From assembly GCA_040225955.1 (NCBI GenBank), contig JBECUL010000016.1, positions 1 through 42,792 on the forward strand: 42,792 nucleotides of DNA, written 5' to 3'. Source of the DNA: Candidatus Asgardarchaeum abyssi (GTDB lineage: Archaea; Asgardarchaeota; Asgardarchaeia; Asgardarchaeales; Asgardarchaeaceae). Below the pieces are notes generated by a model. It did no database searches. It had not been told where the DNA came from and saw only the letters and a list, made by a program, of their open reading frames with translations. Shown piece after piece: positions 10,338-20,689 of this stretch (its first letter is position 1; each line of letters begins with the position of its first letter). The position numbers and the translations under genes were made by a program.

Positions 10338-11789
10338 ATGGTTAGATTTATTGAGATATTTCAGCCTCTAATGCGTATAATGCCTGAAGTAAAGGCTCCA
10401 GATAGAAAAGTCTCTTTTCGAGAAAAACTTATCTGGACCTCTATAGCATTAATCCTTTTTCTAATTATGTCACAAACGCCTTTGTATGGAGTTCCACGTG
10501 GAGAATATGGTTACGATTTTCTATTTTATCTTAGAGCGATTTTGGCATCAACCAGAGGATCTCTTATGGAACTCGGAATAGGCCCCATTGTTACTGCTGG
10601 TTTGATAATGCAACTTTTAGTAGGTTCTCAAATTATAAAAATAGACTATGCAGATCCACAAGATAGGGCTTTATTTACTGGAAGTCAAAAAGTTCTAGCC
10701 GTGCTAATATCCCTTTTTCAATCAGCTGCTTATGTTATGAGCGGAGCTTTGGGAAGATTAGAGACTCAAAACGCGGTTTTGGTATTTCTTCAATTATTTT
10801 CTGCAAGCATAATAGTTATATTACTTGATGAGATGATTCAGAAAGGGTGGGGCTTAGGAAGTGGTGTAAGTTTATTTATAGCAGCCAATGTTTCAACTGC
10901 AATTCTTTGGGGAAGCCTTTCTCCCTTTCCAACCAGTAAAGAACAAGGTGATGGCCTATATAGAGGTGCATTAATTGCATTTGCACAAGTCATAATAGAC
11001 GCGGCTCAAACAGGAAAATGGATTGAAAATCTGCAAAAAGCATTTTTCAGACCTGGTTACCTTCCAAGCATGACTGGATTACTTGCAACTATAGCTGTTT
11101 TCTTGCTAGTAGTTTATGTAGAGGCAGCTCGTGTCGAACTGCCCATAGTCCACGCAAGATATAGAGGTTTTCGTGGCAAATATCCAATAAAATTGCTTTA
11201 TACATCCAATATACCAGTTATCTTAGTTCAAGCACTCTATGCAAATATTCTTTTCATTACACAACTTCTCTGGAATAGATTTCCTGATAACTTTTGGGTA
11301 ACCAATGTACTAGGGAATTTCAAAGCCGAAGAAGGAGGAAGATTAATACCTACAGGAGGAATCATCTATTATCTTTCTCCCCCTCGAGGATTAACAGGAG
11401 TAAGTGAAGATCCAATAAGAGCTGTGATTTATGCAGTAATTTTCATCTTACTCAATGGATACTTCTCATTACTATGGGTAGAGGTATCTGGTATGACTCC
11501 AAGAGATCTTGCAAGACAATTAATTCAGGCACAAGTACAAATTCCAGGTTACAGAAGCTCTGAGAGGGTTCTCGAGACAATACTAAATAGATACATTCCG
11601 ACTCTTGCACTATTTGGTGGATTTCTTGTAGGAATCCTTGCTGTTTTCGCTGATTTCTTAGGTGCTATTGGTAGTGGCATAGGTGTTCTATTAACGGTTG
11701 GTATAATTTATCAATACTATCAAATTCTTGCTCAAGAACAGTTGACTGAAATGCACCCTGCGCTAAGAGGGTTACTTGGTTTAGAGTAA
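10338..11789 (+). CDS. secY: Protein translocase subunit SecY/Sec61alpha
   Basis: GSLMELGIGPIVTAG, GWGLGSGVSLFIA, YPIKLLYTSNIP. Confidence 0.98.
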   Translation: MVRFIEIFQPLMRIMPEVKAPDRKVSFREKLIWTSIALILFLIMSQTPLYGVPRGEYGYDFLFYLRAILASTRGSLMELGIGPIVTAGLIMQLLVGSQIIKIDYADPQDRALFTGSQKVLAVLISLFQSAAYVMSGALGRLETQNAVLVFLQLFSASIIVILLDEMIQKGWGLGSGVSLFIAANVSTAILWGSLSPFPTSKEQGDGLYRGALIAFAQVIIDAAQTGKWIENLQKAFFRPGYLPSMTGLLATIAVFLLVVYVEAARVELPIVHARYRGFRGKYPIKLLYTSNIPVILVQALYANILFITQLLWNRFPDNFWVTNVLGNFKAEEGGRLIPTGGIIYYLSPPRGLTGVSEDPIRAVIYAVIFILLNGYFSLLWVEVSGMTPRDLARQLIQAQVQIPGYRSSERVLETILNRYIPTLALFGGFLVGILAVFADFLGAIGSGIGVLLTVGIIYQYYQILAQEQLTEMHPALRGLLGLE

Positions 11790-11894
11790 AATTTTATTCA
11801 TTTCCACGTTTCTTTACCATAATAATATTTTTATAATGTTGCATAAAGGATGTAAACGTAAATAGTTGACTCATGGCTCTTTCAGGTGATTATT

Positions 11895-12464
11895 ATGCTT
11901 ATTGTACCAGCCCAATTATTTGATTGGATACTAGATCCAATTTATAATATGCTTGAACCATATAAGTATCCTCCTGAATCCATGATATTTACAACGTTTA
12001 TCGCTTTTGTGGTAGTGTTATTTGCAAGCCTAATAAATAAGAGACTTATTGACTTTGAAAAATTAAAACGTTATCGTAAAGAGCTGATGGAATACAATAA
12101 ACTTAAGATGCAAGCATTACGTACAAATGACGAGAAATTGGCAGCTAAAGTCAAACGATTAAAACCTGCAATGGATAAAAAACAAGCTGAAATGATGTCT
12201 ATGCAATTTAAGCCAATGATCGTCTACGCGATTCCTTTATTAGCGCTTTTTCAGATTCTCTCAAATTTCTATAGACATCCCGTTGCGTACATACCTGCTA
12301 ATTTAGCACTCTATATACCCTATATCGGTAATCTTATAGGTCGACTTGTAACTAGTGGACAATATGAAGGATTATTTGGGTTGTGGTTTGCTAGTTATTA
12401 CTTCTTAGCAGCTATAGTGTTTGGAGGTATTATTAATAAACTCCTTGGGATATCTTTACAATAA
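11895..12464 (+). CDS. DUF106 / EMC3-TMCO1 (Oxa1-superfamily) membrane protein
   Basis: TM - coiled coil - FKPM - TMs; conserved position between secY and L34e. Confidence 0.85.
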   Translation: MLIVPAQLFDWILDPIYNMLEPYKYPPESMIFTTFIAFVVVLFASLINKRLIDFEKLKRYRKELMEYNKLKMQALRTNDEKLAAKVKRLKPAMDKKQAEMMSMQFKPMIVYAIPLLALFQILSNFYRHPVAYIPANLALYIPYIGNLIGRLVTSGQYEGLFGLWFASYYFLAAIVFGGIINKLLGISLQ

Positions 12465-12498
12465 CCCTCTATTATCTATCAATTAATATATTGGAGGT

Positions 12499-12780
12499 GT
12501 GTCAATGCCCGCACCAAGGTATAGATCTCGATCGTATAGAAGGAAAAAATTTCATTCACCGGGTGGTGAAACAAGAATACATTATGTTAGAATGAAAAAT
12601 AATCCTCCTAGATGTGCTGTTTGTGGCAATCCTATAAGCGGAATAGGTAAACACTATACATTTGAATATATGCGTATGTCTCACTCTAAAAAAACTGTAA
12701 ACCGACCATTTGGTGGTGTTTTGTGCCCTACATGTCTTCAAAGAATGATTAAAGCCGCAGTTAGGAGCGCTTATCTATGA
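12499..12780 (+). CDS. rpl34e: 50S ribosomal protein L34e
   Basis: PGG..IHY, CAVCG, RPFGGVLCPTC. Confidence 0.95.
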   Translation: MSMPAPRYRSRSYRRKKFHSPGGETRIHYVRMKNNPPRCAVCGNPISGIGKHYTFEYMRMSHSKKTVNRPFGGVLCPTCLQRMIKAAVRSAYL

Positions 12781-13337
12781 AATCTAAGAAAGGTCCAGTA
12801 ATTGCTATCTGTGGGGCTCATGGTGTTGGTAAAACAACGGTAGCCAAATTAGTTGCTCAAGAATTAAATTTGCGATACATTTCTGCTGGACAGATATTTA
12901 GGAGATTGGCAAAGGAATATAATATGGATCTTCAAAAATTCTCAAAGTTTGCAGAAGAGAACTTTAAAATTGATAGAGAAATAGACAATAAAATACTTGA
13001 AGAAGCAAAGAAGGGTGGTGTGGTGCTTGATGGTCGGATAACAGCTTGGATTGCTAAAGACTATACAGACCTAAAAGTACTTCTCATAGCCCCACTAGAA
13101 GTTAGAGTATCGAGGATTGCTAAGCGAGATGGAATATCTTTTGAAGAGGCATTGAAAGAGACGAGAGAAAGAGAGGATAGTGAAGTTAAACGTTATGAAG
13201 AATTATATAAGATAAATCCTGACGATTTTATGATTTTCGATTTAATTATTAATACTCTTAATTTTAACCAAGGATCATGCGTAAAATTAATAAAAGCTGC
13301 TGTTGAAGAAATCTTATCCTCCTCTTCCGGCGAATGA
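12777..13337 (+). CDS. cmk: Cytidylate kinase (archaeal type)
   Basis: P-loop GAHGVGKTT, SAGQIFR, RIAKRDG; position between L34e and L14e. Confidence 0.92.
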   Translation: MKSKKGPVIAICGAHGVGKTTVAKLVAQELNLRYISAGQIFRRLAKEYNMDLQKFSKFAEENFKIDREIDNKILEEAKKGGVVLDGRITAWIAKDYTDLKVLLIAPLEVRVSRIAKRDGISFEEALKETREREDSEVKRYEELYKINPDDFMIFDLIINTLNFNQGSCVKLIKAAVEEILSSSSGE

Positions 13338-13380
13338 GACATCCGAGGCGACTTGGATGTTGACGGAGGAGTGAAGGAGG
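13317..13380 (+). promoter_or_regulatory. GC-rich structured RNA element (K-turn-like hairpin) spanning cmk stop and rpl14e SD region
   Basis: Stems CTCTTCCG/CGGAGGAG and ACATCCGAG/CTTGGATGT, GCGA tetraloop, ATGAG/TGAC tandem-GA core. Confidence 0.6.
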
Positions 13381-13388
13381 TAATAATT

Positions 13389-13673
13389 ATGATATTTGAT
13401 ATAGGCCGGATTTGTGTAAAAACATTAGGACGAGAAGCTGGACGCAAATGCGTAATTGTAGATATTATTGACAAAAATTTTGTTTTAGTTACGGGACCTA
13501 AAGATATCTCAGGTGTTCGTCGTCGACGTGCAAATGTAAAGCATTTAGAACCAACACCAGAAAAAATTGAAATCAACCGAGGCGCCGGTGACGATGAAGT
13601 CAAAAAAGCGTTGGAGGCTGCAGGAAAGTTAGAATGGATGAGAGAAAAAGTAAAATTATCAGCTTCTATCTGA
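13389..13673 (+). CDS. rpl14e: 50S ribosomal protein L14e
   Basis: [31 protein letters not shown]. Confidence 0.97.
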   Translation: MIFDIGRICVKTLGREAGRKCVIVDIIDKNFVLVTGPKDISGVRRRRANVKHLEPTPEKIEINRGAGDDEVKKALEAAGKLEWMREKVKLSASI

Positions 13674-13768
13674 GGAATGAATATATAACTTAACTTTTAC
13701 TTTTTATATTGTTAATTTGTAACAAGACCATAAAGCGTCTATGCAGTTGTTTCACTGAGGAAGTAAAG

Positions 13769-14773
13769 ATGAATAAATATAAGTTACCATCTGATAAAGA
13801 GTATGTTCTCCTTGAGAAGGCACATGATATAACAAATCCTGAATATGGAAAACCTCCCGAAAAAAGAAGTGTCGATGAGCTCATACGGTTTGGTATAATA
13901 AATCTTGATAAACCAGCTGGGCCTACAAGTCATGAAGTTGTTGCTTGGGTGAAGCGAATTTTACATATAAATAAAGCAGGTCACTCTGGGACATTAGACC
14001 CTGGAGTTACGGGAGTTCTTCCAATAGCCCTAGAAGATGCTACTAAGGTCCTTCAAGCATTGTTAATTACTGGAAAGGAATACGTAGCTATATTACATTT
14101 ACATAAAGAGGTTCCTGAAGATAAAATAAGAGAAGTCTTTAACCTTTTTGTAGGTCCTATTTATCAAAGACCACCTATTAGATCTTCTGTGAAACGTAGG
14201 TTGCGGGTTCGTCAAATTTATTATATAGATATCCTGGAAATAGATGGACGTGATGTTTTATTTAAAGTCGGTTGTCAAGCAGGAACGTATATACGAAAAT
14301 TATGCTATGACATTGGGCTAATTTTAGGTGTCGGTGCACATATGAAAGAGCTTCGTAGAACTAGAACTGGGCCGTTTAAAGAAGATGAAACATTAGTAAC
14401 ATTGCATGATGTTGCTGACGCGTATACTTTATGGAAAGAAGAAGGTAATGAGGCTTTAATTAGAAAGGTTGTCATGCCTGTAGAAAAAGCTGTGGAGCAT
14501 CTTCCTAAAATAATTATTCGTGATTCTGCCGTTGATGCTATATGTCACGGTGCAAATCTAGCGGCACCTGGAGTATTAAAGGTTTCTACAGGTATAAGTC
14601 CTGATACACTTGTTGCAATTTTCACCTTAAAAGGAGAATTAGTCGCATTAGCAAAAGCTAAGATGAGCACCAGAGAGATTCTCAAGGCAAATCATGGAAT
14701 AGTTGCTGATACAGAACGTGTTATAATGCTTCCTGGTACCTATCCTCCATGGTATGAGTTCAAAAAAAGCTAA
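13769..14773 (+). CDS. cbf5: RNA-guided pseudouridine synthase Cbf5 (TruB family, PUA domain)
   Basis: DKPAGPTSHEV, GHSGTLDP, AGTYIRKLC, SAVDAICHGA. Confidence 0.96.
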   Translation: MNKYKLPSDKEYVLLEKAHDITNPEYGKPPEKRSVDELIRFGIINLDKPAGPTSHEVVAWVKRILHINKAGHSGTLDPGVTGVLPIALEDATKVLQALLITGKEYVAILHLHKEVPEDKIREVFNLFVGPIYQRPPIRSSVKRRLRVRQIYYIDILEIDGRDVLFKVGCQAGTYIRKLCYDIGLILGVGAHMKELRRTRTGPFKEDETLVTLHDVADAYTLWKEEGNEALIRKVVMPVEKAVEHLPKIIIRDSAVDAICHGANLAAPGVLKVSTGISPDTLVAIFTLKGELVALAKAKMSTREILKANHGIVADTERVIMLPGTYPPWYEFKKS

Positions 14774-14842
14774 ATGACCACCCGTTATACTAGAACAAAA
14801 GATTTTATAATATTTGTTACATATTCGATTTAGAGTTTATAT

Positions 14843-14928
14843 GCCGCGGTGGCCGAGTGGTTAAGGCGCGAGACTGGAGATCTCGTTCCGCATTGCGCGG
14901 AGCGCCGGTTCGAATCCGGCCCGCGGCG
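14843..14928 (+). tRNA. tRNA-Ser(GGA)
   Basis: GCCGCGG/CCGCGGC acceptor, CGAGA-CT-GGA-GA-TCTCG anticodon arm, long variable arm, G discriminator. Confidence 0.95.
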
Positions 14929-15132
14929 TCATATTATTATACTTATTGAAGAGAAGATTTAAGATAAATTGTTTTTAGTAGTTATTGCTTTTAGTGATTC
15001 TCTGTTAAATTTAAATTTGAGAAGTAAAAATGAAAATGGGGTTGAGTACTCCATAAACTTTAAATAATGTCTATTCAAATTTTCCCAAAGTATCCACCAT
15101 GATAGTGGTCTTGCGCCGTGGAGGTGCATTAT

Positions 15133-15588
15133 TTGCAACAAGTTGAGTATAGGCATATTGTGCGTATTGCAGGAACTGATGTTGATGGTTCATTAAAGTT
15201 AGTGTATGGTCTAAAAAAGATAAAGGGTGTAGGCATTCGTTTCGCACAAGCAGTTGTTAATATATTAGGCTTAGATCCTAATATGCGTATTGGATATCTT
15301 GACGAGGAAACTGTTAAAAAGATCGAAGATGTGTTATCAAAACCTTTAGATTATGGTATTCCATCATGGTTTCTTAATAGACAAAAAGATATTGAAACTG
15401 GGAAGGATATGCATCTTCTTGGATCGGATTTAGTTTTAGCTATGAAACTAGATATTCAACGTATGAAAAGAATAAAGTGCTGGAAGGGCGTACGACATGC
15501 TCTTGGACTAAAAGTTCGTGGTCAGAAAACACGAACTACAGGACGTACTGGAAGAACTGTTGGTGTTGTAAGAAGAAAACGTAAGTAA
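15133..15588 (+). CDS. rps13p: 30S ribosomal protein S13 (uS13), probable TTG start
   Basis: IKGVG, NRQKD..TG, GLKVRGQKTRTTGR; SD GGAGGTG. Confidence 0.96.
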   Translation: MQQVEYRHIVRIAGTDVDGSLKLVYGLKKIKGVGIRFAQAVVNILGLDPNMRIGYLDEETVKKIEDVLSKPLDYGIPSWFLNRQKDIETGKDMHLLGSDLVLAMKLDIQRMKRIKCWKGVRHALGLKVRGQKTRTTGRTGRTVGVVRRKRK

Positions 15589-15598
15589 GGTGATATTT

Positions 15599-16150
15599 AT
15601 GGGAGATCCTAAAAAGCCAAAGAAAAAATATATAACTCCAGGACATCCTTGGCAAAAAGCTAGGTTAATGGAAGAAATACATTTAGTTGGATCTTATGGC
15701 TTAAGAAACAAACGTGAATTATGGCGCCATCAAGCTCAACTTGCTAAATTTAGAAGAATTGCGAAGCAGTTATTGGGAATGCCAGCAGAGAGACGTGAGA
15801 AAATAGAAAAAGAACTTCTTGGAAAATTGTATAGATTAGGTATCGTTGACGAAAATGCTACTATTGATACTGTTTTAGGACTAACAGTAGAGGATATCTT
15901 AGAGAGACGCTTACAGACATTAGTTTATAAGCTTGGGATGGCAAAAACGCCACATCAAGCTAGACAATTTATAATACATGGTCATATACAAGTTGATGGA
16001 CAAATAGTTAGGTCTCCTAGTTTCCTTGTGCCAAGAGGTTACGAAGATAAAATAACATTTGCTTCTACATCTCCATTTGCAGATCCAGATCATCCAATAA
16101 GAAAGATGATAAAAGAAGCTATTAAAGGAGAATCTATAGGGGCTGAGTGA
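15599..16150 (+). CDS. rps4p: 30S ribosomal protein S4 (uS4)
   Basis: [31 protein letters not shown]. Confidence 0.97.
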   Translation: MGDPKKPKKKYITPGHPWQKARLMEEIHLVGSYGLRNKRELWRHQAQLAKFRRIAKQLLGMPAERREKIEKELLGKLYRLGIVDENATIDTVLGLTVEDILERRLQTLVYKLGMAKTPHQARQFIIHGHIQVDGQIVRSPSFLVPRGYEDKITFASTSPFADPDHPIRKMIKEAIKGESIGAE

Positions 16151-16151
16151 T

Positions 16152-16559
16152 ATGAGTAGTTCAAAACAGTCTCAAAAGTTAAAATGGGGGATAGCACATA
16201 TTTATAGTTCTTATAATAACACTATAGTCCATATTACGGACCTTAGCGGTGCAGAAACTTTCGCTAGATATTCTGGAGGTATGATTGTAAAGGCTGATAG
16301 AGAAGAATCATCGCCGTATGCTGCAATGCAAGCAGCTTATCGTGCGGCAAAAGATGCTATGGAACGAGGAATTAATGCCATACATATAAAAGTTCGAGCT
16401 CCTGGTGGTCATGGTCCTAAAACTCCAGGACCTGGTGCGCAAGCAGCTATTCGTGCGTTAGCTAGAGCCGGACTTATTATCGGACGGATAGAAGATGTGA
16501 CTCCTATACCTCATGACACTACTAGACGTCCTGGCGGTCGTAGAGGAAGAAGAGTGTAA
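16152..16559 (+). CDS. rps11p: 30S ribosomal protein S11 (uS11)
   Basis: [31 protein letters not shown]. Confidence 0.98.
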   Translation: MSSSKQSQKLKWGIAHIYSSYNNTIVHITDLSGAETFARYSGGMIVKADREESSPYAAMQAAYRAAKDAMERGINAIHIKVRAPGGHGPKTPGPGAQAAIRALARAGLIIGRIEDVTPIPHDTTRRPGGRRGRRV

Positions 16560-16589
16560 CTAATTTATAAACTGGTTGTGGTGTTACGA

Positions 16590-17426
16590 ATGGATATACG
16601 TATTATCGAAAAAACGAAGAATACTATGAGATTCATATTATCCGATGTTGATGTAGCTGTTGCGAATAGTTTACGCAGGGCTATATTATCTGAAGTGCCT
16701 ACATTCGCCATAGATGATGTAGTTATTATTGAGAACACATCAGTATTATTTGACGAAATAATTGCTCATCGGTTAGGCCTGATTCCTTTAACTACAGATT
16801 TGGATACGTATTCCTACTCAGAGGAGTGTGAAACTGAAGATCCTGAAGTGCTATCAAAGTGTCAAGTTACTTTAACTTTAGAAAAAGAGGCCATTGACGA
16901 TTATGTTATGGTTTATTCTGGTGATTTGATATCTGAAGATCCAAACGTGAGACCTGTTTATGACGATATTCCAATCGTTAAATTGGCCCCAAAACAAAGA
17001 TTAGTTTTAGAGGCTTATGCACGTCTTGGTATAGGTAGAATTCATGCCAAATGGCAGCCAGTTTCTACAGTTTCATATAAGTATATGCCCCTATTGAATG
17101 TCAATTATGAAAAATGTAATTTCTGTGGAAAATGTGTAGAGGTATGTCCCAAAAATATATTGGATATTAAAGATAATGCATTGGTGATTACTGATATTCT
17201 TGAGTGCACCCTATGTATGTCATGCCAGGAAGTATGTCCTGAAAATGCAATCAGTGTGGAATGGGATGATAAAACGTTTATTTTCAGTTTAGAATCAACA
17301 GGAGCTTTGCCTGTTGAGAAAATACCAGATTTAGCAGCTGAGGCTATTATTAAACAATGTGAAAACCTACTTTCTCAAATTAGAGAAATTAAAGCCGTAA
17401 AAGAGGCAGATTCTGGAGGTTCTTAG
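16590..17426 (+). CDS. rpoD: RNA polymerase subunit Rpo3/D with 2x[4Fe-4S] ferredoxin-like domain
   Basis: ANSLRR, HRLGLIP, HAKWQP; CNFCGKCVEVCP and CTLCMSCQEVCP. Confidence 0.96.
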   Translation: MDIRIIEKTKNTMRFILSDVDVAVANSLRRAILSEVPTFAIDDVVIIENTSVLFDEIIAHRLGLIPLTTDLDTYSYSEECETEDPEVLSKCQVTLTLEKEAIDDYVMVYSGDLISEDPNVRPVYDDIPIVKLAPKQRLVLEAYARLGIGRIHAKWQPVSTVSYKYMPLLNVNYEKCNFCGKCVEVCPKNILDIKDNALVITDILECTLCMSCQEVCPENAISVEWDDKTFIFSLESTGALPVEKIPDLAAEAIIKQCENLLSQIREIKAVKEADSGGS

Positions 17427-17427
17427 A

Positions 17428-17793
17428 ATGGTCAAAGTAACAGGTCCAACTGATCCAAATGTTAGATTGCTTATTACCAGATTAAGGAAAGCTAGTATAG
17501 AGCACGGGGCTGAAATTTGGCGAACGGTATCAAAAATTTTATTGAGACCTAGACGTATTAGGCCTGAGGTTAACATTAGTAAAATTAATAGATACACGAA
17601 GAAAGGAGACATTGTGCTTGTACCAGGGAAGGTTCTTGGCTCGGGTGAGCTCGACCATCCAGTAACGGTTGCTGCCTTATCATTCTCTGAGAGGGCAAAA
17701 GAAAAAATCCTAAATGCTAAGGGAAAAGTTTTAACGATTGATGAACTTATTGCATTAAATCCTAAAGGGAAAAATGTAATCTTGATGAGGTGA
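17428..17793 (+). CDS. rpl18e: 50S ribosomal protein L18e
   Basis: VNISKI, VPGKVLGSG, FSERAKEKI. Confidence 0.96.
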   Translation: MVKVTGPTDPNVRLLITRLRKASIEHGAEIWRTVSKILLRPRRIRPEVNISKINRYTKKGDIVLVPGKVLGSGELDHPVTVAALSFSERAKEKILNAKGKVLTIDELIALNPKGKNVILMR

Positions 17794-17797
17794 TACG

Positions 17798-18253
17798 ATG
17801 AGTGAAGAAAAAAAGCCAAAATTTTTAATCATTGATGCTAGTAATAGTATTCTAGGAAGACTTGCCAGTCACATAGCTAAATTATTATTATCAGGACAGA
17901 AAGTTGTGGTTGTCAATGCTGAAAAAGCAGTAATCTCTGGAAACCGACGACATATAGTGGAAGAATATAAACATCGATTAGAACGAAGAACATTAACTGC
18001 TCCGTGGAAGGGGCCATTTCAGCCAAGACGGCCTGACTTTATATTCAAAAGAACAGTTAGAGGTATGTTGCCTTATGACAAACCAAAGGGGCGAGAAGCA
18101 TATAAACGCTTAAGAGTATACATAGGAGTTCCTAAGGATTATGAAAACGTGGAATTTATAAGATTTGAAGATACAGATGTCAAAAATTTAAAAGGGCCTT
18201 ATATATACTTATATGATCTAAGTTCGGAATTAGGCTTTTACATAGAAAAATAA
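17798..18253 (+). CDS. rpl13p: 50S ribosomal protein L13 (uL13)
   Basis: [26 protein letters not shown]. Confidence 0.97.
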   Translation: MSEEKKPKFLIIDASNSILGRLASHIAKLLLSGQKVVVVNAEKAVISGNRRHIVEEYKHRLERRTLTAPWKGPFQPRRPDFIFKRTVRGMLPYDKPKGREAYKRLRVYIGVPKDYENVEFIRFEDTDVKNLKGPYIYLYDLSSELGFYIEK

Positions 18254-18254
18254 G

Positions 18255-18671
18255 GTGGTTGATGTGAAGAAAAAAGTAATTGTTCAAAGTGGAAAGAGAA
18301 AAACAGCAATTGCTAGAGCTGTAATCCGACCGGGTAAAGGTAGAGTGAGAATAAATAAAAAACCTCTGGAGATTATAGAACCTGAGGTAGTTCGCTTGAA
18401 GATTATGGAACCTCTATTACTTGCACCTAAAGAGCTTGTTAATAGTGTTGATATTGAAGTATCAGTACGTGGTGGTGGATTTATGGGACAGGCAGAAGCT
18501 GCTAGAATTGCGGTTGCCAGAGCCTTGGTTGCTTGGTCCGATTCTGTTGAATTAAAACAAAAATATATTGAATATGATAGAACAATGCTTGTTGGCGATC
18601 CGAGACGTACCGAGCCCAAGAAATTTGGAGGTCCAGGACCAAGGAGAAGAAGGCAGAAAAGTTATCGTTAG
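18255..18671 (+). CDS. rps9p: 30S ribosomal protein S9 (uS9)
   Basis: [21 protein letters not shown]. Confidence 0.97.
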   Translation: MVDVKKKVIVQSGKRKTAIARAVIRPGKGRVRINKKPLEIIEPEVVRLKIMEPLLLAPKELVNSVDIEVSVRGGGFMGQAEAARIAVARALVAWSDSVELKQKYIEYDRTMLVGDPRRTEPKKFGGPGPRRRRQKSYR

Positions 18672-18682
18672 CTGGTGATATT

Positions 18683-18895
18683 ATGATAATTCCAATTAGA
18701 TGTTTTACATGTGGAAAGGTTATCGGTCATTTATGGGAAAAATATGCAAAGAGAGTAGCTGCCGGTGAGCCACCTGGAAAGGTTCTAGATGATTTAGGCA
18801 TTAAAAGATATTGCTGTAGGAGAATGTTTCTTACTCATGTTGATTTAATAGATGAAATTCTTAAATTTAGCGTGGTTTCTGGGGAAGAAACATGA
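18683..18895 (+). CDS. rpoN: RNA polymerase subunit Rpo10/N
   Basis: PIRCFTCGK...RYCCRRM. Confidence 0.97.
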   Translation: MIIPIRCFTCGKVIGHLWEKYAKRVAAGEPPGKVLDDLGIKRYCCRRMFLTHVDLIDEILKFSVVSGEET

Positions 18896-18905
18896 GGTGT
18901 GAAAA

Positions 18906-19520
18906 GTGTCGGAGGAGAAACAATTATTAATCGGTATGGACAGTTATTTGGCTGCTGGTGTTCACATAGGGACTCAAATAAAAACTAAGATGATGGAACC
19001 ATTTATATTTCGTGTTAGAAACAATGGATTATTCGATCTTGACGTCAGAAAAACTGACGAAAGAATACGTATAGCTGCTAAGTTTTTAGCTAGATTTGAA
19101 CCCAATAAAATACTTGTTGTTAGCCAAAGGCAATATGGTAGAAAGCCAGTCCTTATGTTTGCTAAAGTTACTGGAGCATACCCTATAGTTGGACGATTTG
19201 TTCCAGGAACGCTTACAAATCCTATGTTTAAGGGCTATATAGAGCCCGATGTGGTTCTTTTAACAGATCCTAAAACAGATGCTCAAGCTTTAAAAGAAGC
19301 CGCTGAAACTAGAATACCTGTAGTAGCACTTTGTGATACAGATAACGTAGTTTCTGGTGTTGATTTAATAATCCCTACAAATAACAAAGGAAGACGAGCA
19401 CTAGCCTTAGTTTATTGGTTACTTGCCAGACAAGTTTTACGAGAGCGAGGCGATATAGGTCCTGAAGAAGACATTCCTTATTCTGTTGATGACTTTGAAA
19501 CCAAATTAAAGAGAGATTAA
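18906..19520 (+). CDS. rps2p: 30S ribosomal protein S2 (uS2)
   Basis: [27 protein letters not shown]. Confidence 0.97.
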   Translation: MSEEKQLLIGMDSYLAAGVHIGTQIKTKMMEPFIFRVRNNGLFDLDVRKTDERIRIAAKFLARFEPNKILVVSQRQYGRKPVLMFAKVTGAYPIVGRFVPGTLTNPMFKGYIEPDVVLLTDPKTDAQALKEAAETRIPVVALCDTDNVVSGVDLIIPTNNKGRRALALVYWLLARQVLRERGDIGPEEDIPYSVDDFETKLKRD

Positions 19521-19693
19521 TGATATTATTTTTCAATAATAATGATATTATATTATTTCTTTTATCACTAAGATATAATTAAAAATAATTTAAATAATAT
19601 TCAACTACAGCTATTACTTCCTATTTAATCGTTTTCATTATTATCTCTACATATTTTTTGCTGAATAAAATACATTAGATGAGGTTTGGCCGT

Positions 19694-20677
19694 ATGAAGG
19701 TAGTAGCTTCAGCGCCTGCTAAGGTAATTCTTTTTGGAGAACATAGTGTTGTTTATGGATATCCAGCAATTGCTACTGCTATAAATTTGAGAGCTCATGT
19801 TACTGCGGCATTCAATGAGTCAAAAAATCTTGAGGTAATTTCAAAAAATTATAATGTCAAAGAATCCATTCCAATAGAGAAACTACTTGATCTGGAAAGG
19901 ATGAATCTTAAATTTCTCTCAATATACACCGCAATTAAAAAGACTATCGAAGAATTATCTCTCTCTTTAGAAAATGGAATCTCTATAATAATCAATTCTG
20001 AAATACCCCCTAGTGCTGGATTAGGGTCGTCAGCTGCTGTAAGTGTAGCCACAGTCTATGCATTATCCCACTTATTTGATAAAGATATATCACTTGAAAA
20101 AGTATCAGCGATTGCGTATGAGGCAGAAAAGGTAGTTCATGGTACCCCCTCTGGAATTGATAATACAATTTCAACCTTTGGCGGAATGATTTATTATAGA
20201 AAAGGTTCTTCTCTTAAAAGAATAGTTTCTGACATAGAAATCCCTCTTGTAATTGGAAATACGGGAATACCAAGGAGTACTAAAAATCTTGTAATGAAAG
20301 TTCGAGCTCTTCGTGAAAAATACCCTGAACTGATAGATTCTATCTTTGAAGCCATGGGGCGAATTGCTGATCTTGCACTTGACAGGATAGCTAATAAAGA
20401 TATTCTAGGCGTAGGGCAACTTATGATCATAAACCAAGGTCTCTTAGAAAGCCTAGGTGTATCGCATGTCAAATTATCTTTATTTATACATGAGGCCTTA
20501 GCTAGTGGTGCTTTGGGTGCTAAACTCACTGGTGCTGGGGGTGGTGGCTGTATGATTGCTATTGTTGAAAAGGAGTATCAAGAACAAGTGGCCAATGCTA
20601 TACGTAACGTCGGTGGTGAGCCTATTATTACATCAACATCAAATCTTGGTGTCTCTGTGAGTAAATTAGATGAATAG
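19694..20677 (+). CDS. mvk: Mevalonate kinase
   Basis: PAKVILFGEHSVVYG, GLGSSAA, HGTPSGID, KLTGAGGGG. Confidence 0.93.
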   Translation: MKVVASAPAKVILFGEHSVVYGYPAIATAINLRAHVTAAFNESKNLEVISKNYNVKESIPIEKLLDLERMNLKFLSIYTAIKKTIEELSLSLENGISIIINSEIPPSAGLGSSAAVSVATVYALSHLFDKDISLEKVSAIAYEAEKVVHGTPSGIDNTISTFGGMIYYRKGSSLKRIVSDIEIPLVIGNTGIPRSTKNLVMKVRALREKYPELIDSIFEAMGRIADLALDRIANKDILGVGQLMIINQGLLESLGVSHVKLSLFIHEALASGALGAKLTGAGGGGCMIAIVEKEYQEQVANAIRNVGGEPIITSTSNLGVSVSKLDE

Positions 20678-20689
20678 CTTGGTGGTTTT

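Noticed and set aside
14959-15156. 65-aa minus ORF and weak stems in the tRNA-Ser/rps13 spacer
   Set aside because: Overlaps the rps13 start; stems are short and AT-rich with no box motifs
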